A DNA stretch of 64,000 nt, from NCBI GenBank assembly GCA_003344405.1, contig NOWV01000142.1, positions 124,001 through 188,000 on the forward strand. The letters are read 5' to 3'. Source of the stretch: Trichoplax sp. H2. Its lineage: Eukaryota. A program made the translations under genes and the position numbers. Shown here piece by piece: positions 1 to 14,457 of this stretch; the stretch's first letter is position 1; each line of letters starts with the position of its first letter. The notes beneath the pieces were generated by a model. It was not told the origin of the DNA. It searched no databases and saw only the letters and a program-made list of their open reading frames with translations.

Positions 1-2888
1 TTAGCATGACAGGATACCCGATACGACTAGCCTCATCCTTTAGTTTTGCATCCGCTTGATCTTCACCATGATATCCTTCTATAATTGGGACACCAGCATC
101 CGCCATAATTTGCTTGGAAGTGCTTTAAGAGATAGAATAATATGTAATAAGTTTTAAGCTAGGTTCATCAGAGGAATAAATTTTTCTATTGAAAACCTCT
201 TAAGACCCATATCTCGAATTGCGCTTGCTGGCGGACCGATGAATACTATCCCTTGGGATTCACAAAGTTCAGCAAAGTCCGCGTTTTCAGATAGGAAACC
301 ATATCCGGGATGAATAGCCTTTTGGATAGGAATATTACGAACTGTAAATTACACGTTCGTTGCAAAATAGCATACGTAACACGGAATAAACTACAAAAGA
401 TTAAGCGTTTACTTGAGCTCCACAATAATTTGCAATATCAAGAATTTTATCGCCCCGCAAATAGCTATCCCGTGATGGTGCTTCACCAATATAGTATGCT
501 TCATCGGCCTATAAAGATGTAAATTATCCGATTCAAAACTTCATTCAATTACAAATAGTCGCCATATATTACTGTCGAATCGGGAAGACACGGTATCATT
601 TACCAATAGAGGATAAGTAAAATAAATTATAAACAACGAGTTACCATTTCAACGTGCATCGATCCCTGGTCTGCACTACTATATACGGCTACAGTCTTAA
701 TGCCCATCGATTTGGCAGTTTTAATCACCCTACAAGCAATTTCACCGCGATTCGCTATTAAGACTTTGGAAATCTTCTTTCTTTTGACTTCTATTGGGAT
801 AAAAAGATGGTTTTGGTGAATGATAAAATAAAAAAGCCTAGTCATGCTGGATTACGAGTATATAATTTAGCAGCAACTACTGTGTATCAAGTGTTATCTA
901 ATGGTTAAAGTTAAAACAGCACATTGGAAACATAATAATTATAACGATATCTATATTGAATACAGCAAAAGGTAAAAATAAGCTAAGTAATGCAAGCAGC
1001 AATGGTAGTTGATAGATTTATTTCTTAATTATACGAGTACTACTATCGAACGCTTACTACAATATTAGTTGGTAGTCATGAAAATAACAACATATAAGAT
1101 GTAATTGCAAGCACAGATGCCGTTAAAATCTACTTATTTTTTGCTAAATGACTCATTGCAAAATGGGTATCAATAGAATTTATAATTAAGATTATTGTAA
1201 AACATGATTATTTCAAATACTAATGCAAACTCGATTGCCCAAAAAGTCGCACGTCAGGACAATGTTACAGGAGGCTTTAATCTACTGCCATGAGTCTACA
1301 ACTAGTTCTATCCTTATCTTGATATCAATTTCACCACCAATATTTACTAACAATAGTGTGGAATAATACCTGTTGATTGATATCTTTCGAAAAGATTTCT
1401 CAATGTAACGATCGGTCTCCTATAATGCGATAGCAAAATATAAGCAATCCAATTACAACGTGGTTAATCAATAATATTTATTTCTTATTAATCCTGTTGG
1501 ATTAATTCGTTATGCGTTAATCCATGGGCCACTAGAAGAAGCTAGGGGAAACTACGGCTTCTTCGAGTGGTCTATGGTTATCCTATAGTATTACGTAAGG
1601 GAAGAGTCTTTGCATCGCCTTTAATGAAAATAAAGTTTGATTAATTATAATACCGATATTAACGTTAGGAAGGTAAAGTACTTAGGTCTAAGCATGCTAC
1701 TCATCGAACGATGTAAAGTGATGGTAATTTGCATTGAAAGTTGACAAGAAGCGTAGAAATTGTGTATCAACTATTTTACAGAGCAATTCTGGGTTAGGAT
1801 GAAGCAGGGTATGAAGGCTTTATACACAGTCTACGGGATAATAACAAGCTAATTCAGATTTAGATCCAAGCATATATTCTCTATCTACCGTTCAAGATTG
1901 TTTGGATAGAAAATCATTCCTACTGCTCCTAATTGCTCTAGGGAGCACTTTGGGTCAACAGTGCTATTCAACTGCTCAAGTTTACATAGGCAATGAACTC
2001 ATTTAATGGACAAATTAGCATCAGGATCGAAGTTCGAGCTTGTGCTCGCTAAAGGTTACGGAATCAGAAGGTGAGTTACAATGTCTCAAAAATTTGGCCA
2101 AATTTCACTACACTGCTACTGCTTGGCGAGTACAGCATGTCCTACAGACGCCATCTATCCACAGCTGCATCAAACTCCATGTTCTAACTTGGAAGGTTGA
2201 AGCTGGCCCAAGCCAATGGTCATAGAAAGAATATAAGAAAAACTAAGACACTAAGAGGTTTTACTGCGCTTAACTCATCCTTACTGCTACTCCTGGATCA
2301 GTATTGATACTACTATCTATCCATTGCTCAAAGATTCGATTCAATGACCCTTTAGGATAGGAAAATATTTGCACTGTTGATAAGTACGCTACTAGAAGTA
2401 TTGCATTCCTGTCGGTTGGAGCTCACAACAGCCAACCACGGTCAATGATAAAATGTTTATAAGGATAACTGGAACATTTTACGCCATCTAACTCAATTTT
2501 GCTACCATCATTCTAACGAATAGCTACCTCGGTGGATAGCATAGACACTGTCGTCTATCTATGACTGAAAATCACTACCAAAGCACAAAGGCATGTTCCA
2601 ATCTGCTGTGGTGGGGAGAAAAGTGCTGAAAGAGATTCAAAATGAATTGAAATTTTTTCAAAGCTCGACATATTACCTGTTGTTATACTTGCAAGAACTT
2701 TGTCGTAGCCAAAAGATCCTGTTGGCTATATTTATACCAATCTTGGAAGACATTTTGACATCGATTGAAGTGGATTACTCTGGATTATAGAACATGAACG
2801 AGGAAAGTTCAAAGTCTCAGTAATGGCTGCCTAGTCAATGGTGAAAACAGCTGTGGAACCTCAATCGCAGATAGACTCACTCTACCAT
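1..2888 (-). CDS. MCCC1: Methylcrotonoyl-CoA carboxylase alpha (biotin carboxylase) subunit, 5' portion; continues beyond window start
   Basis: Exons about 2881-2888 (ATG GTA GA|gtgagt, tentative), 1370-1419, 645-790, 413-508, 197-318 and <1-123 join in phase. They give [75 protein letters not shown]. The GYHGEDQ segment favours MCCC1 over PCCA. Confidence 0.9.
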
Positions 2889-5455
2889 GAACAACGAACC
2901 AATGTGCAACGACTATTGACTGAGCGGACACGCTCCCGTGTCAGCCCACTGCATCATTGTATTACAGTATGATAACATTGTTGTACGGTATTGTACTGAC
3001 TCGTACAGTACAGTACAGTACTGTACAGTACTATATACTGTAGTCCGCTAAGTATGGTACGCTGGTCCGGATCGGATCCTTTACTGCTACGGTACCAGTA
3101 CGCACTACGAAATGATCCAGACAGTCCTCCATATGCTCAAGCAATGAGACTCGCTGCAATGGGTGTAAACCTACCAGTCTAAGGCCAAAGATGGCCAAAA
3201 GCGCTTTGAGGTTGGGCGTTTGCAATACGAATATAAAAGTTGGCATATTCAGAATTGTCAGTTAGCATCTGCTCAAACTTGGAACAGAATTGACGACAGA
3301 TGATTGTTGAGAAGGAAAATAGCTTTATTTTAATGAATAAATTATTAATTAAGCAAGTAGAGACAGGGTATGAGGATTGTGAAAGGATAATCAACATCAC
3401 AAGGTTCAGACAGAAGACTTTGTACTATGGTCTATGATACACGAAGACGTATAATCAGCTATGGATGTTAATCTAGTATGACATGTATGTGGTACACTTG
3501 GGGGTTAGGGTATTTGAAACACTTTGCAATACTAATATGAAATGGCAACATTCAGAATTACGGGTTATCAACCACTGAAACTCGTAATAAAATAAAATTG
3601 ACGACTGATGATGGTTGCAAAGGGAAAGTAGTTTTATTTTAAACAAGAATAGGATAGCAGGATTATTAAGGTACCGCTAGAATAATGTGATGTCGAAATG
3701 TGTTCAAATTTTAAAATATTATCCAATGTTGCGCATTATATTAGGGCACAAATGCTGCTACATGCAAGTGAAGATAGTCGTGCTTATTAAGGCCACAAAT
3801 GTACTATCGCACTTGATTTCATTATAATAAAGTTTATAGTTGCTAGGAGTAATCAATTTTATTCTCGAATCGGAAATTGGAACAATGAAACAAGTAAAAG
3901 CAAAAATGAAGGTCAAGTAAGTTTAAGGAACTTCAAATACTGTACCAACCATTCAAGTGACTTAAGTCATATCTATTCTGGTATACCGTGGTGGTAGTAG
4001 ACTTGGCGTACAGTACAGTATAACAAAAAATCTCCATTTGAATGATTATTGAGAAAATACGAATACGGCCACAATACGCCAGGTATACGAACTATTTGCT
4101 CCGTTTGATCTGTTGGATTTTCTATTAATCTAGACTATTAACTTGATGCATAAAGTCATTTCTTAAATAAGATGCTATTGAAGAACGATGTCCATTCTTA
4201 CTATTCTATAATAATCTAAGATAAAGGATTAACAAGCATAAACTCGTATTTAATATGTGATCCATTATTAGCTTATTGGACTTACCAATCCGACACGATA
4301 GTCTAGATGCAATACTTTGCACGAAGACTATAACTAAATAGGAGGTTAAGAATGGTAAGGTAGAATGCAATAGATTAAGAAATCATGATACGCTGGTATA
4401 CTAGAGTATGAAGAGGATTTATGCTATACAGTTCTGTTGTTACAGTAGTTACGATATATATTATCTATTCCGTAAATTAATCGTAGTATCCGTACTGTTA
4501 TGTATGTAAGAATATAGTAACTTGTTGTACTGCACCTAACGTGTTAGCATAACATAAGGTAATGAATTACTAAGATTAGGGTATAATACGCTTTTACGGC
4601 TATACTATTGAAATGCAGTAAATCCTAAATAAAAGAGACTTTCAGTAAGCTTACTAGGAGGAGTGTATCAAAGTTCCTCGTACTAACGTTAACGACTAAG
4701 AGTGGAAATACAACGCGTACGATCGGGGACTTTTCAAGAATTTTCTCTTAAAAAAAGTCCCTGGTACGGTATAGAATTGACGAATATTGCTGCAATCCAT
4801 TCAGTAGGCAGATTATCATTATATAATACTCGTATTAAAGCATATTGAGCAATTATTCATACTGTTATCTTGTATACAAAGGTATCTAGTATTCATCTTT
4901 CATAAAAGATATAGAATCATGATCAAGAAAATTTTTATTCGATATTGAAGAAATAAAATTGTATTTGCTTGAAAGTATTTATGGTACAAACAATCTGTAG
5001 TAATCCTGATTGTCAACGGTTAGAATGCAAGTCAATATTGTTGTAATTGACTCAAGGTAATTTCTTCGAAACTTGAAAATAACCAATAATAACAATGATA
5101 ATAATAATAGCCTACGCGTTTAACATACTTAATCAAATATATATAATACTAGCGAAAATCTGCAAAGTGAGAGTTTATGATTACCGGTAACGAACATACA
5201 TCGTTGGATTTCTTTAGAATAAAGTTTTCTCTCTATATCAATAAATTGAAATAAAATGTACAGTACGCGTTCAAGTCCATGAGGTCGTGCCAATAGATAT
5301 TAATAACTCTTTCAGTCTCCAATACAAAATTCATTCTTTTCGATACCATTAGTAAAATATTTTCAACGCTACAAACAATGCGTATATTGATATTGCTTAT
5401 GCATTTACTGTGGATATTAAAATACGGATTCAAGTTTAGATTCGGCCAAGTTTAA

Positions 5456-7825
5456 TTAATTTATGTCGTCATCATAGGATAATCCCTTGGACCATTCGTA
5501 TAATTCTCCTGCTTGTTCTTCCCATTCATTTCCTTCAAATATGATATCATCGATATTTGTACGTGAGGTTGACTTTCTGTCTTGTTGAGTGCCTCTATAA
5601 CCTATAACCTGATTACTTTGCCGCTTATTATCATTATTCGGCTACAGAAAATGAAAATCTCAGTTATAAATATTCCAATTACTGAATTTGAAATATTTTT
5701 CACCTCATTGCTTTCGAAATCTTGATTAAGGTAATTTTTTCTCATAGATGCTACACGTTTTTGAGCTCTTCTTGATCGGCGTTTGCTTTGGGAAGTTTCA
5801 TGGTTTGTTGGTAAACCTGCTCTATCATTAGATGTTGTAGCAGATCTATTCAAATGAAAGAAATCAACGTAAGAATTAGCTGCTTGATGCGTTATGACAA
5901 TACTACAGTATATAATTTACACAATCGGTTCCTGGCTGTTATTAAAATATTAGTAAATGTACTACAGGATTGTTTAATGATGTTAATGTTATCTTAAATA
6001 TCATATTACAATGGGGTTTGTGCCAATATTGGTGGACCCAAAGGCAATCCAGAATTTGGAACATAGTAATCTACCATCTGAGGGGCTTGATCTACAAGCT
6101 TTCTAGTTATTACTCCAGTAGCCATATAGGATAGAACATCATGCATAATATGATGGCGTGGAACATCTAAAATGGTTTGATTAGAAAAGCGCTTATTTAA
6201 AAATTGTATACCTCACAGTCACGAACATTAAATTATGCATGCCTACTAATATAATTATTCTTAAAAATGCTTTTATATATGTAAAGATTTATAATTAAAA
6301 TTACTTTCTAGTGACAATCGTCGCCATAAATTTTCTTTGCCTCCTTTCGCTGCTTCTTTCTCATCCAAGTTACTTTGAAACTAGAAATAATGTTTGTTGT
6401 TAATTTCGATATTTACTAGTACTAATATGTGAGAGCTATGATAATTGTAATTGTTTACTTTGTATGCGTTAAAAAATATCTTTAATAAACCTTTGGATCA
6501 AGCCAGCTTTATTTGATAGAATAACACATATTAAATACCTTAAGATAATCCTGTAGCGTAACAACATCAATTTCATCAGTGATTTCATGACATTCTCTAT
6601 CCCAAGCATCAGCGATCATTTGATCATAGAATTTTCTGTAGCCCATCATTTTGCATGCATCAGCAGCTGCCTATGATTTGAATATAAAATTATTATATCA
6701 ACTATATGATCTTACTGCATAAGGCATGACGCAATTACCAGGATGGAATATAGCATCAATTTCATATATATTAAATCATACCTGGGATGCAGGCTTTATA
6801 ATTGTTCTGCCATTATAGTACTTTACTCCAAGATTTCTTCTGTCAATATAAATCTTAAACAAAATACTTGGAGGAAACTCTTGACCACCAAATCTAATGT
6901 AATTGTAAATTTACGGAAATGTTAATCTTACTATAAACCAAGCTACAGAAGCATCTTTCAAAAATAGTCGCACGATCTCGCATAATTTTAAATTACCTAA
7001 ATCGAATTTTTGCAGACAATGCTTTATCTTTTAACAATTCTGACTCTGTTGGACATATTTTTCGTATAACATCGAAGCTGATTGATGTTTCCTGTGTTAT
7101 AAGGAATATAATCCTTGCGTGAGTACGCTTTCAATCGAAAAGAAATTAAGTATAAACTATTTCAGTATCTAGTATACTACAGTTATTTAGTGTCAACATT
7201 TACCGCTTTACATAGAGCATCTTTCAATAATTTGAAAACCTGACGATCTCGATAAGACCACCAACACTTCTCAATAACTCTGACAGCGAGTATTTCGACA
7301 GTACTGTGAAAAATGCCAATAACACGATTCACTGAAAATTACTGTGCAATAAAAACCCATAAAGTTGATTTGTAGTTCTAATATAGAGCCTAATGACTAT
7401 CAATTCAATTAACTTATTACAAAATGCGTCATTAATTATCAAGCTGATCGAAACACTCGTTTGAAGTCTAGATGATACAAGCATGCCTTTAAAAACTACT
7501 GTTAAGAGTATTGTATTCGCATTGCAAGTATAAAATTGATAGGATAAATTAAAAGCGAATTTGTTGCCTACAACGGCGACGAAGATAATCTATAATGATT
7601 TCTTAACTTGTAATCTTTTTACCTGAAACTATATCTTCTAAAATAATGATCATTGGAATAATTTATAGCCTTATTTTTGGAATTTTTTTGAGCTATTTCT
7701 AATGCAGTAATCCCTCGATTTTCATTTGTAGCAGCGCTATCTGCGAATGGTTCCGTCCAAGATGATTGATAGGTACCGGCCGTAGCTATAGGATAGTTTT
7801 GCATCCGAGAAAATTCTGGGTTCAT
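5456..7825 (-). CDS. CXorf58: CXorf58-like uncharacterised conserved protein (multi-exon)
   Basis: Spliced exons give AVRVIEKCWWSYRDRQVFKLLKDALCKA / KICPTESELLKDKALSAKIRFR / FGGQEFPPSILFKIY..IKPASQ / AAADACKMMGYRKFYDQM..DEIDVVTLQDYLK / GGKENLWRRL and a last exon EWEEQAGELYEWSKGLSYDDDIN*. This matches my recollection of the CXorf58 family. The first exon (from 7825) is tentative. Confidence 0.75.
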
Positions 7826-10677
7826 ACTTAATTGCTATGATATTATATGATATCAGCACAATATGAATCAGGAATCGTTTGATAAGGTTTGAATTAAGGG
7901 CTTCAGAATGTCGACGAGGCCAAATTACAACACTGCTTTAAAACCATGAATGTTATGGATATATACTGTACATTAAAATAACTGGTTAATCATCGTTGAC
8001 AATCTGTTGTATACAATTTTGAGCAAAGTTATTTACAAATTGGTATGATCTATAACTAATACTGTATCTTATTACAATTATTTTTCTCCACTAATTATAT
8101 AATTAGTGTATTGCATGTCCATATATTAATTGATGTGCACGTTTCACTATCCTATATAACTGTAGGATAAGTACAAGTATAACTGATTAAATTTGCAGAT
8201 AACTTGGTATACTTATAATATAGTCGTATCGCAATTATATTATCAAAATTAAAACACTAGCCTACTATTATTATTATTATTAAATCTAGCGCTTGATCAA
8301 CTAATGTAGATCTCGTTCGTATCTTATGCTACCAACTAGAATGCGTGATTACGATCTGAGCAACTACTTAAGAAGCTAAAAAATACTACGCCAACACTAT
8401 CCACTAAGAGTATTGCCTATTAAAGTACGTTATGAAATTTATAACTGACAATACTGTACAAATGTACAATTATAAAAATTAGAAATACAGAACGGAGGTT
8501 TTCGCTGCTTCTTGGCTATATCGTCGCTTCCAGCAGTCGTCGTAATTGCCTTTGGTCATTCTAATAGTCAGTTCGTATTTTTAGACCGTTACCGTGGTAA
8601 TCAGGTTTTTATTGCGTTTGCGCAATGGCTGCTTATGATTTCTCAAGTCAATCCATTGGAAAGTAAAGATGCTTCTACACTATACAGTGCAACTTACCTA
8701 TAAACTTTTGCTAGCATTAGTATGAGTACGAAATTGTGTCTTGCGTTAGTTCATTTTAGCCAACGTCATGTTTGTAACGCGAAATCGATTGCAGTATTAG
8801 CGTGCATAATGGTCGACTGCATTGTAGCGCAAACATAAGCCTTTTACCATAGAAATTACCTTACCAATTTTAATTTTAGCTGCCAACTCTGCTACAGTAC
8901 GCAAAACCCACATAGTGTACATTGTACTGCACCTACAGTACTTGAACCGTACTGTAGCGGAGACCATTGTCCTACATGCTACCATGGCCACCATTTCTCC
9001 ATTTCTGAATTTCGACTGGTTTATTCTCTGCCATTTGCCGCTGCTTAAGAGCATAAAGGTAACTCAAAGGTCGACCAATTGCAATATTCATCTGGGTAGC
9101 AAACTATTAATAACTATCCATTTGTATTTAAATGCTAATATAATTAATACCAGGTGTATTCCGTACCGTATTAGAGAGATTGCTACAGTAGACTATACAA
9201 AGTGTACAGTATAAAATCGCTAAATACAGCACTGGAAATCAAGAAAAACAACGAAATTGGATGATCTGGAAGTAGTTCTATGCTAATTTGTTCGGCTCAT
9301 CTCATTCTTCATAAACGGTACTGATATAGACGTCTTGGATACACATTCTATATATACATTTGTTATTCTCGATGACAATGAATGCGTGAGGATTTCCTTC
9401 AATAGTAAAATCACATCAGAATTCTGGCGTTGTACCTGCATTAATTTATTAATCGAAAACTAAAGTCTGATCCGTAAGCCCTCAAGTAAGCAGAATGCTG
9501 TACAACAGGAACAACTTAATTCAAAATTGGTTAAATAAATATATGATGTTGATGCTAACTTAAAATAATCTAGGAAGACTAATCATATCTACCCCACTAG
9601 CTTCATTATTAAACTTATACTCCACTGTGGAACAACGGAACTATATTCAGCACAATCGCTTCTTGTATAAATTCTGCGCTCGTATCCTACTAGTGATCGT
9701 TATTTGAGGACATTGTATGCACATACTAGCAATTATTACTTCAATTTATGCTATTTCCGAGATCGTATAAGCACACAGACTACAAATTTACCTAAAGTGA
9801 AATGATTTCAGAATCTGTGTTAAATTAAGTTTTGAGGTATGCATGTCCACTGGGCACTCCTGTTCCGTCGTTGTCAACATGTGACAATTATAATTATATG
9901 AGTGTGTAAATCAACGACGTCAACATGAAACAGTTGATAACGTATGATTTTATGTATTATTATCGAGCTTTTTCAGCGATTGACCCATCGTATTACTATC
10001 GAGTTGATAAACTATATTGATCAACTTGCAGGAAGCCAATTATTATAAGCTACGAGTGGATAAAGTACTGTATAGACCTATTATTCTAGTAGACCTCTTT
10101 TCTTGGTGCTTCTATAAATAAAGAATAACTTATTCTGGTATCGATACTTAATCATTTTAATTATCTTAAGATTTTTCTTAATAACCCGTAACAAGTAACA
10201 ATAATACACTCTCGCATATCTAGTGTATTCGTACAAAGCTATAATTTACAAACCAGTAAAATATAGCAAAGAAGGAAAACTACGTGCTATTTCAGTGCAT
10301 GCTTTGCTACGTTCTTGTTATTATACAGTACGATCATTAAGTGTAGATTAAACCAAGAAATAAAAATTCGGTTGAAGAAATTCAATCAATTCTAGTTCTA
10401 AAAGACTACGGTAAATTACGCCTTATATATTTGCTAGTGTATCTAAACACAATAGATTTATGATCAAATAGATCACCCTAGCAATGATAATTATTCTTAT
10501 CCATAGCGTTTTTATTAATACCAATACATGAAAAAATGTTTCTTACTTACCATTTCAATACGTTCGTATATCTGCCTGACAAATGTGATTAAGAATATTC
10601 GAATTAAGCTTCTATTTCTAGAAGATGGGTATTAACGTAACGTTAAAACTCTTATAAAATAGTCATAAATGTAAAGT

Positions 10678-13073
10678 ATGGCGACTTCATATCAAGATTT
10701 AGCCGATAATATCCGAAATAAGCAAAATCAACGAAAACTAGAAATGGAACGATCGCATAATAACAACGATGAATACCAAAAGCCAAGGTAATTGTCGTAC
10801 GACTATTTAGTAACAATTATCCATTTATTGACATTCTATGCTATTATTTTCTTATTAGGATCGATGGGAATGGATTTGAGCGCAGTGCATCATTTAATTT
10901 TGAACTTTATAACTCTATCATGTCGGATTATTTGGTAGTACTGGCTCGGCGAGCTACAAGATGGCAAAAACTTTGGCCCTCATCAAATCAACGTCAGCCT
11001 AAACGATCTGCAACAAGTATACCGAAAATTAGTAGACATAAATATTGTCGTTACTATTTTTATTCGTTAGTTATTTAACAATAATTAGTCACTGGTCACA
11101 AATTTTGTTCATAGCCTATAAACATTTATGTGAATGACAGTAATATACAAAAATCTATGCGGAGCATATAAGTCAACTTTTATATATTCTGACTCGATTC
11201 TTTTTCCTTTATAGTTAAAAGATATATCAGGAAAGGTGTTCCAGATGGTGTACGGAAACAAGTAAGCTGTAATCCTTACAGTGAGAGATCTTACAAATGG
11301 TCACTATTGTATTTTATAAATTATTTATAAATGACATTCTGAATATGACTTGGAATATTGGCTAATAAAACTTTTCCTCGTACAGTTTATTAACATGACA
11401 TCTGCATTTATCCTGTTAGGTATGGATGTTTGCTAGTGGTGCCGATAAATTAATGAAACAAAATAAAGGCGTATATCGAAATTTATTAAGCAAAGCTGAT
11501 AATGCAGATGTTATATCAAGCGTTGAAAAAGGTTAGTTTCATTGATTTATAAATCTTGCGATTATGGTTTGGCAACAGTTACTACATAGAAAAGTAAATT
11601 GTTTTTATTATAGGTTGTTTTTATAACTCAATCACCCACTTTTTGTTGTATTCGTAGATCTTTTCCGCACCTATCCTGACAATATTCATTTTCGACGAGA
11701 TTCGGATGACAGTAAATGCGAACAATTATACGATGTCTTAATCGTTTACGGACACTACAACAAAGGTGTTGGCTACTGCCAGGTAAGTTTTTAATGGAAC
11801 TCGATTTCACCAGTGTTATGTAAAGCTTTGTAGCCACTTTTATGATCCATTGTAGCTATAATGACCATCCTACTTATAATTGTAATAAGGGTTTAAACTA
11901 CATTGCTGCTATGCTACTATTGGTTATAAAAGATGAAGAATCTACGTTTTGGCTACTTGTAGCTTTAACAATGAATCTATTGCCAAGTAATAAAACGCTG
12001 CTTATTCATCTTGTAAATTACTTCATCTGCTTAATATTGTTGGAAGGTTGCTGCTAGTCGGTTCCGTAACAAATAAAATCAATATCTATTTAGATTATTA
12101 CTCGAAAGGATTGAATGATTTAATTGTTGATCAAGCCGTTTTCGATAAATTACTGAGGTATTTTGTAGTTTTGTTTTATTTCTAAAATAATTAATCTACA
12201 ATTGATATTAAAAGAATTTTATCTATTTATCTTAACTAACCGTGAGCAAACAAGCTTCCATATTAATTAAAAAATCTTTCTTTCTTATTAAGTAAAAAAT
12301 TACCTGATTTACATGCACATTTGAAATCTCATGGCGTTGATGTACCTTTATTTGCTACGAAATGGTTCATCTGTTTGTTTGCTGATGTTTTGCCTTCTGA
12401 AGTAAGATTTGAAATCATAACTAAATCATCTATACAGTACGATCAAATTCGTAGGTCTTCTAGTTAATATATACGAACACCTACAATAATTAGCACTAAT
12501 CAATATAATCGTTAATCCTGGGCTTATACCTTTAGACAGTTCTTCGTTTATGGGATGCATTCTTTTATGAGGGATCAAAAATAATATTTCGCGCTGCGTT
12601 AACTATTATGATCAAACTAGATGAGCGGCTGAGATCAAAGGATGACCTGGCTTCGATATTAGAAATTTTCAAGGTAGTTTTTTAAGCTACTAATAGCACA
12701 TGTTTTGTCATTAAATGTATTTATTTCTAGCTAGGAAGTACATCATAATGTTATTTTGAATTCCTTTTTAATAGTCGATAGCAGAATTACCCGAATTTCT
12801 TAACTGTCATCAATTCATAGCGGTATGTAGGCTGCATCGCGAAGGACAATGATATAACTCTAAGCAAAAGTGTCTTCTGACTACATATATTTTTGGATAT
12901 TATTAACATCTACTTAATAGTGGCTGTTACAGCCTACCATCTCAGTATTTCTAGTATAAAATACTAATGATCTTACTGGAATTATTTATCAGGCAATATT
13001 TGAGATACCGAATCCACTATCAATGGATACAATTAAACAATTACGCCAGGAGTGCGCAAAACCATCGAATTGA
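10678..13073 (+). CDS. GRTP1: TBC-domain Rab GTPase-activating protein, GRTP1/TBC1D6-like (multi-exon)
   Basis: Exons encode IDGNGFERSASFNFELYNSIMSDYLVVLARRATRW, KRYIRKGVPDGVRKQVWM, DLFRTYPDNI (R-finger), VGYCQGLNYIAA (Q-finger), [33 protein letters not shown]. Stop TGA at 13071-13073. Confidence 0.88.
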
Positions 13074-14457
13074 AAACGACTCGTAGCAATAGTAGAATGT
13101 CTAATACTCATCTTGATATTAAGCAATAACCCCGCTTAAACGTATTCGATGATATTACATAAAGTCCTGTAATGTTCATACAAAAGTTTTTAATTTAGGA
13201 AATCCAATTTTATTATGCCATATGGCAGTAAGTTGTTTACACTAAGATCAAAGCTGAAAGATTTGCTATACACGTCATATCCCAAGAAATTAGCAGTCAG
13301 TAATCCGCAATTTATGCACGTAATATACATAATATGTTAGCAACCATTCTTTGGCTTTATAATGGTAGTATGTAATTAACATTGTTCGGCGATCTTATCC
13401 TTAAACTAAGGTCGAGCTGTTATTGCTATTGGCGAATTTACTAGTGTTGGTAGTGGTTAAACGATTTGGCTAAATGAAGTTCGGTCCAAAAATGGTCCAA
13501 TACCATGAATGGATTGGTTATGTTACATTCAAGCATCATTTGCTTGTTACTATTTGTATTATACTAAATATAACCGTATAAAGGGTATAAACCAAGCTAA
13601 GATGTAAACGGGTATGATAAATACGAATCTTTCAAATAGTCGTTCCTTCTTATTTATTTTTGACATGATTTAGGACTTACTTTCGACTGGTTAAACAGAA
13701 TAGTGCATTTTATTGTGCATAGAGCCTAAAATAGTGTAGAACAGTTTAATGATTATTCATTTGCTAGTATGTAGTTCGATGTACCTAAACATTATTAATA
13801 GCGATCTATGTTTAGTTTATGTATCACGTAGCGACACCTAGCTCTCACTAATTAAAGAAAGGATTCAAATTTTATCCTATCGAACTTTTTCATTCTATCC
13901 GTAATTTACTTGATGTAAGTAAGTGTTTTAATAGAACAATTCCCCAATACTTTGGAAATAGTTAATCTCATTTATCGTCTTTTCTAAGCTTTTGTTACGG
14001 TAGAGAAGAAGAATAGACAAACATTAGTACAAACTACTCTTTTAAAAAGTAGTTTAGTAACAAACCAAACTATCTTATTGATGATATCAATTAAAATTTC
14101 ATACAGAGATTTTCAGATCTAAACAACACTATTTTACCATCACTTAATTTATCGATGGAAGACCTAAGTACAATTTAAAAGTAGAGAATCCGGTTGCAAC
14201 AAACGTCTAGTAGTTTCCAACAATAATTATTAAGTCAACAAGCTGCGATATCAATGCACTAGAATTGAATTCATCAATGTGGGGTTAAAAGTAATGGCAC
14301 AAGGTATAATGCATGACCTATTGATCATATTTTACAGGATTCTTTTATGTTAACCGCCACAGGAGAAATTTATTACCTATCACTCAGCCTAGTTTCGAGA
14401 CCAAGATACAATATTTTAGTTTGCTTGCAAAATTAATCAAGCTACTGACTTCTATAA

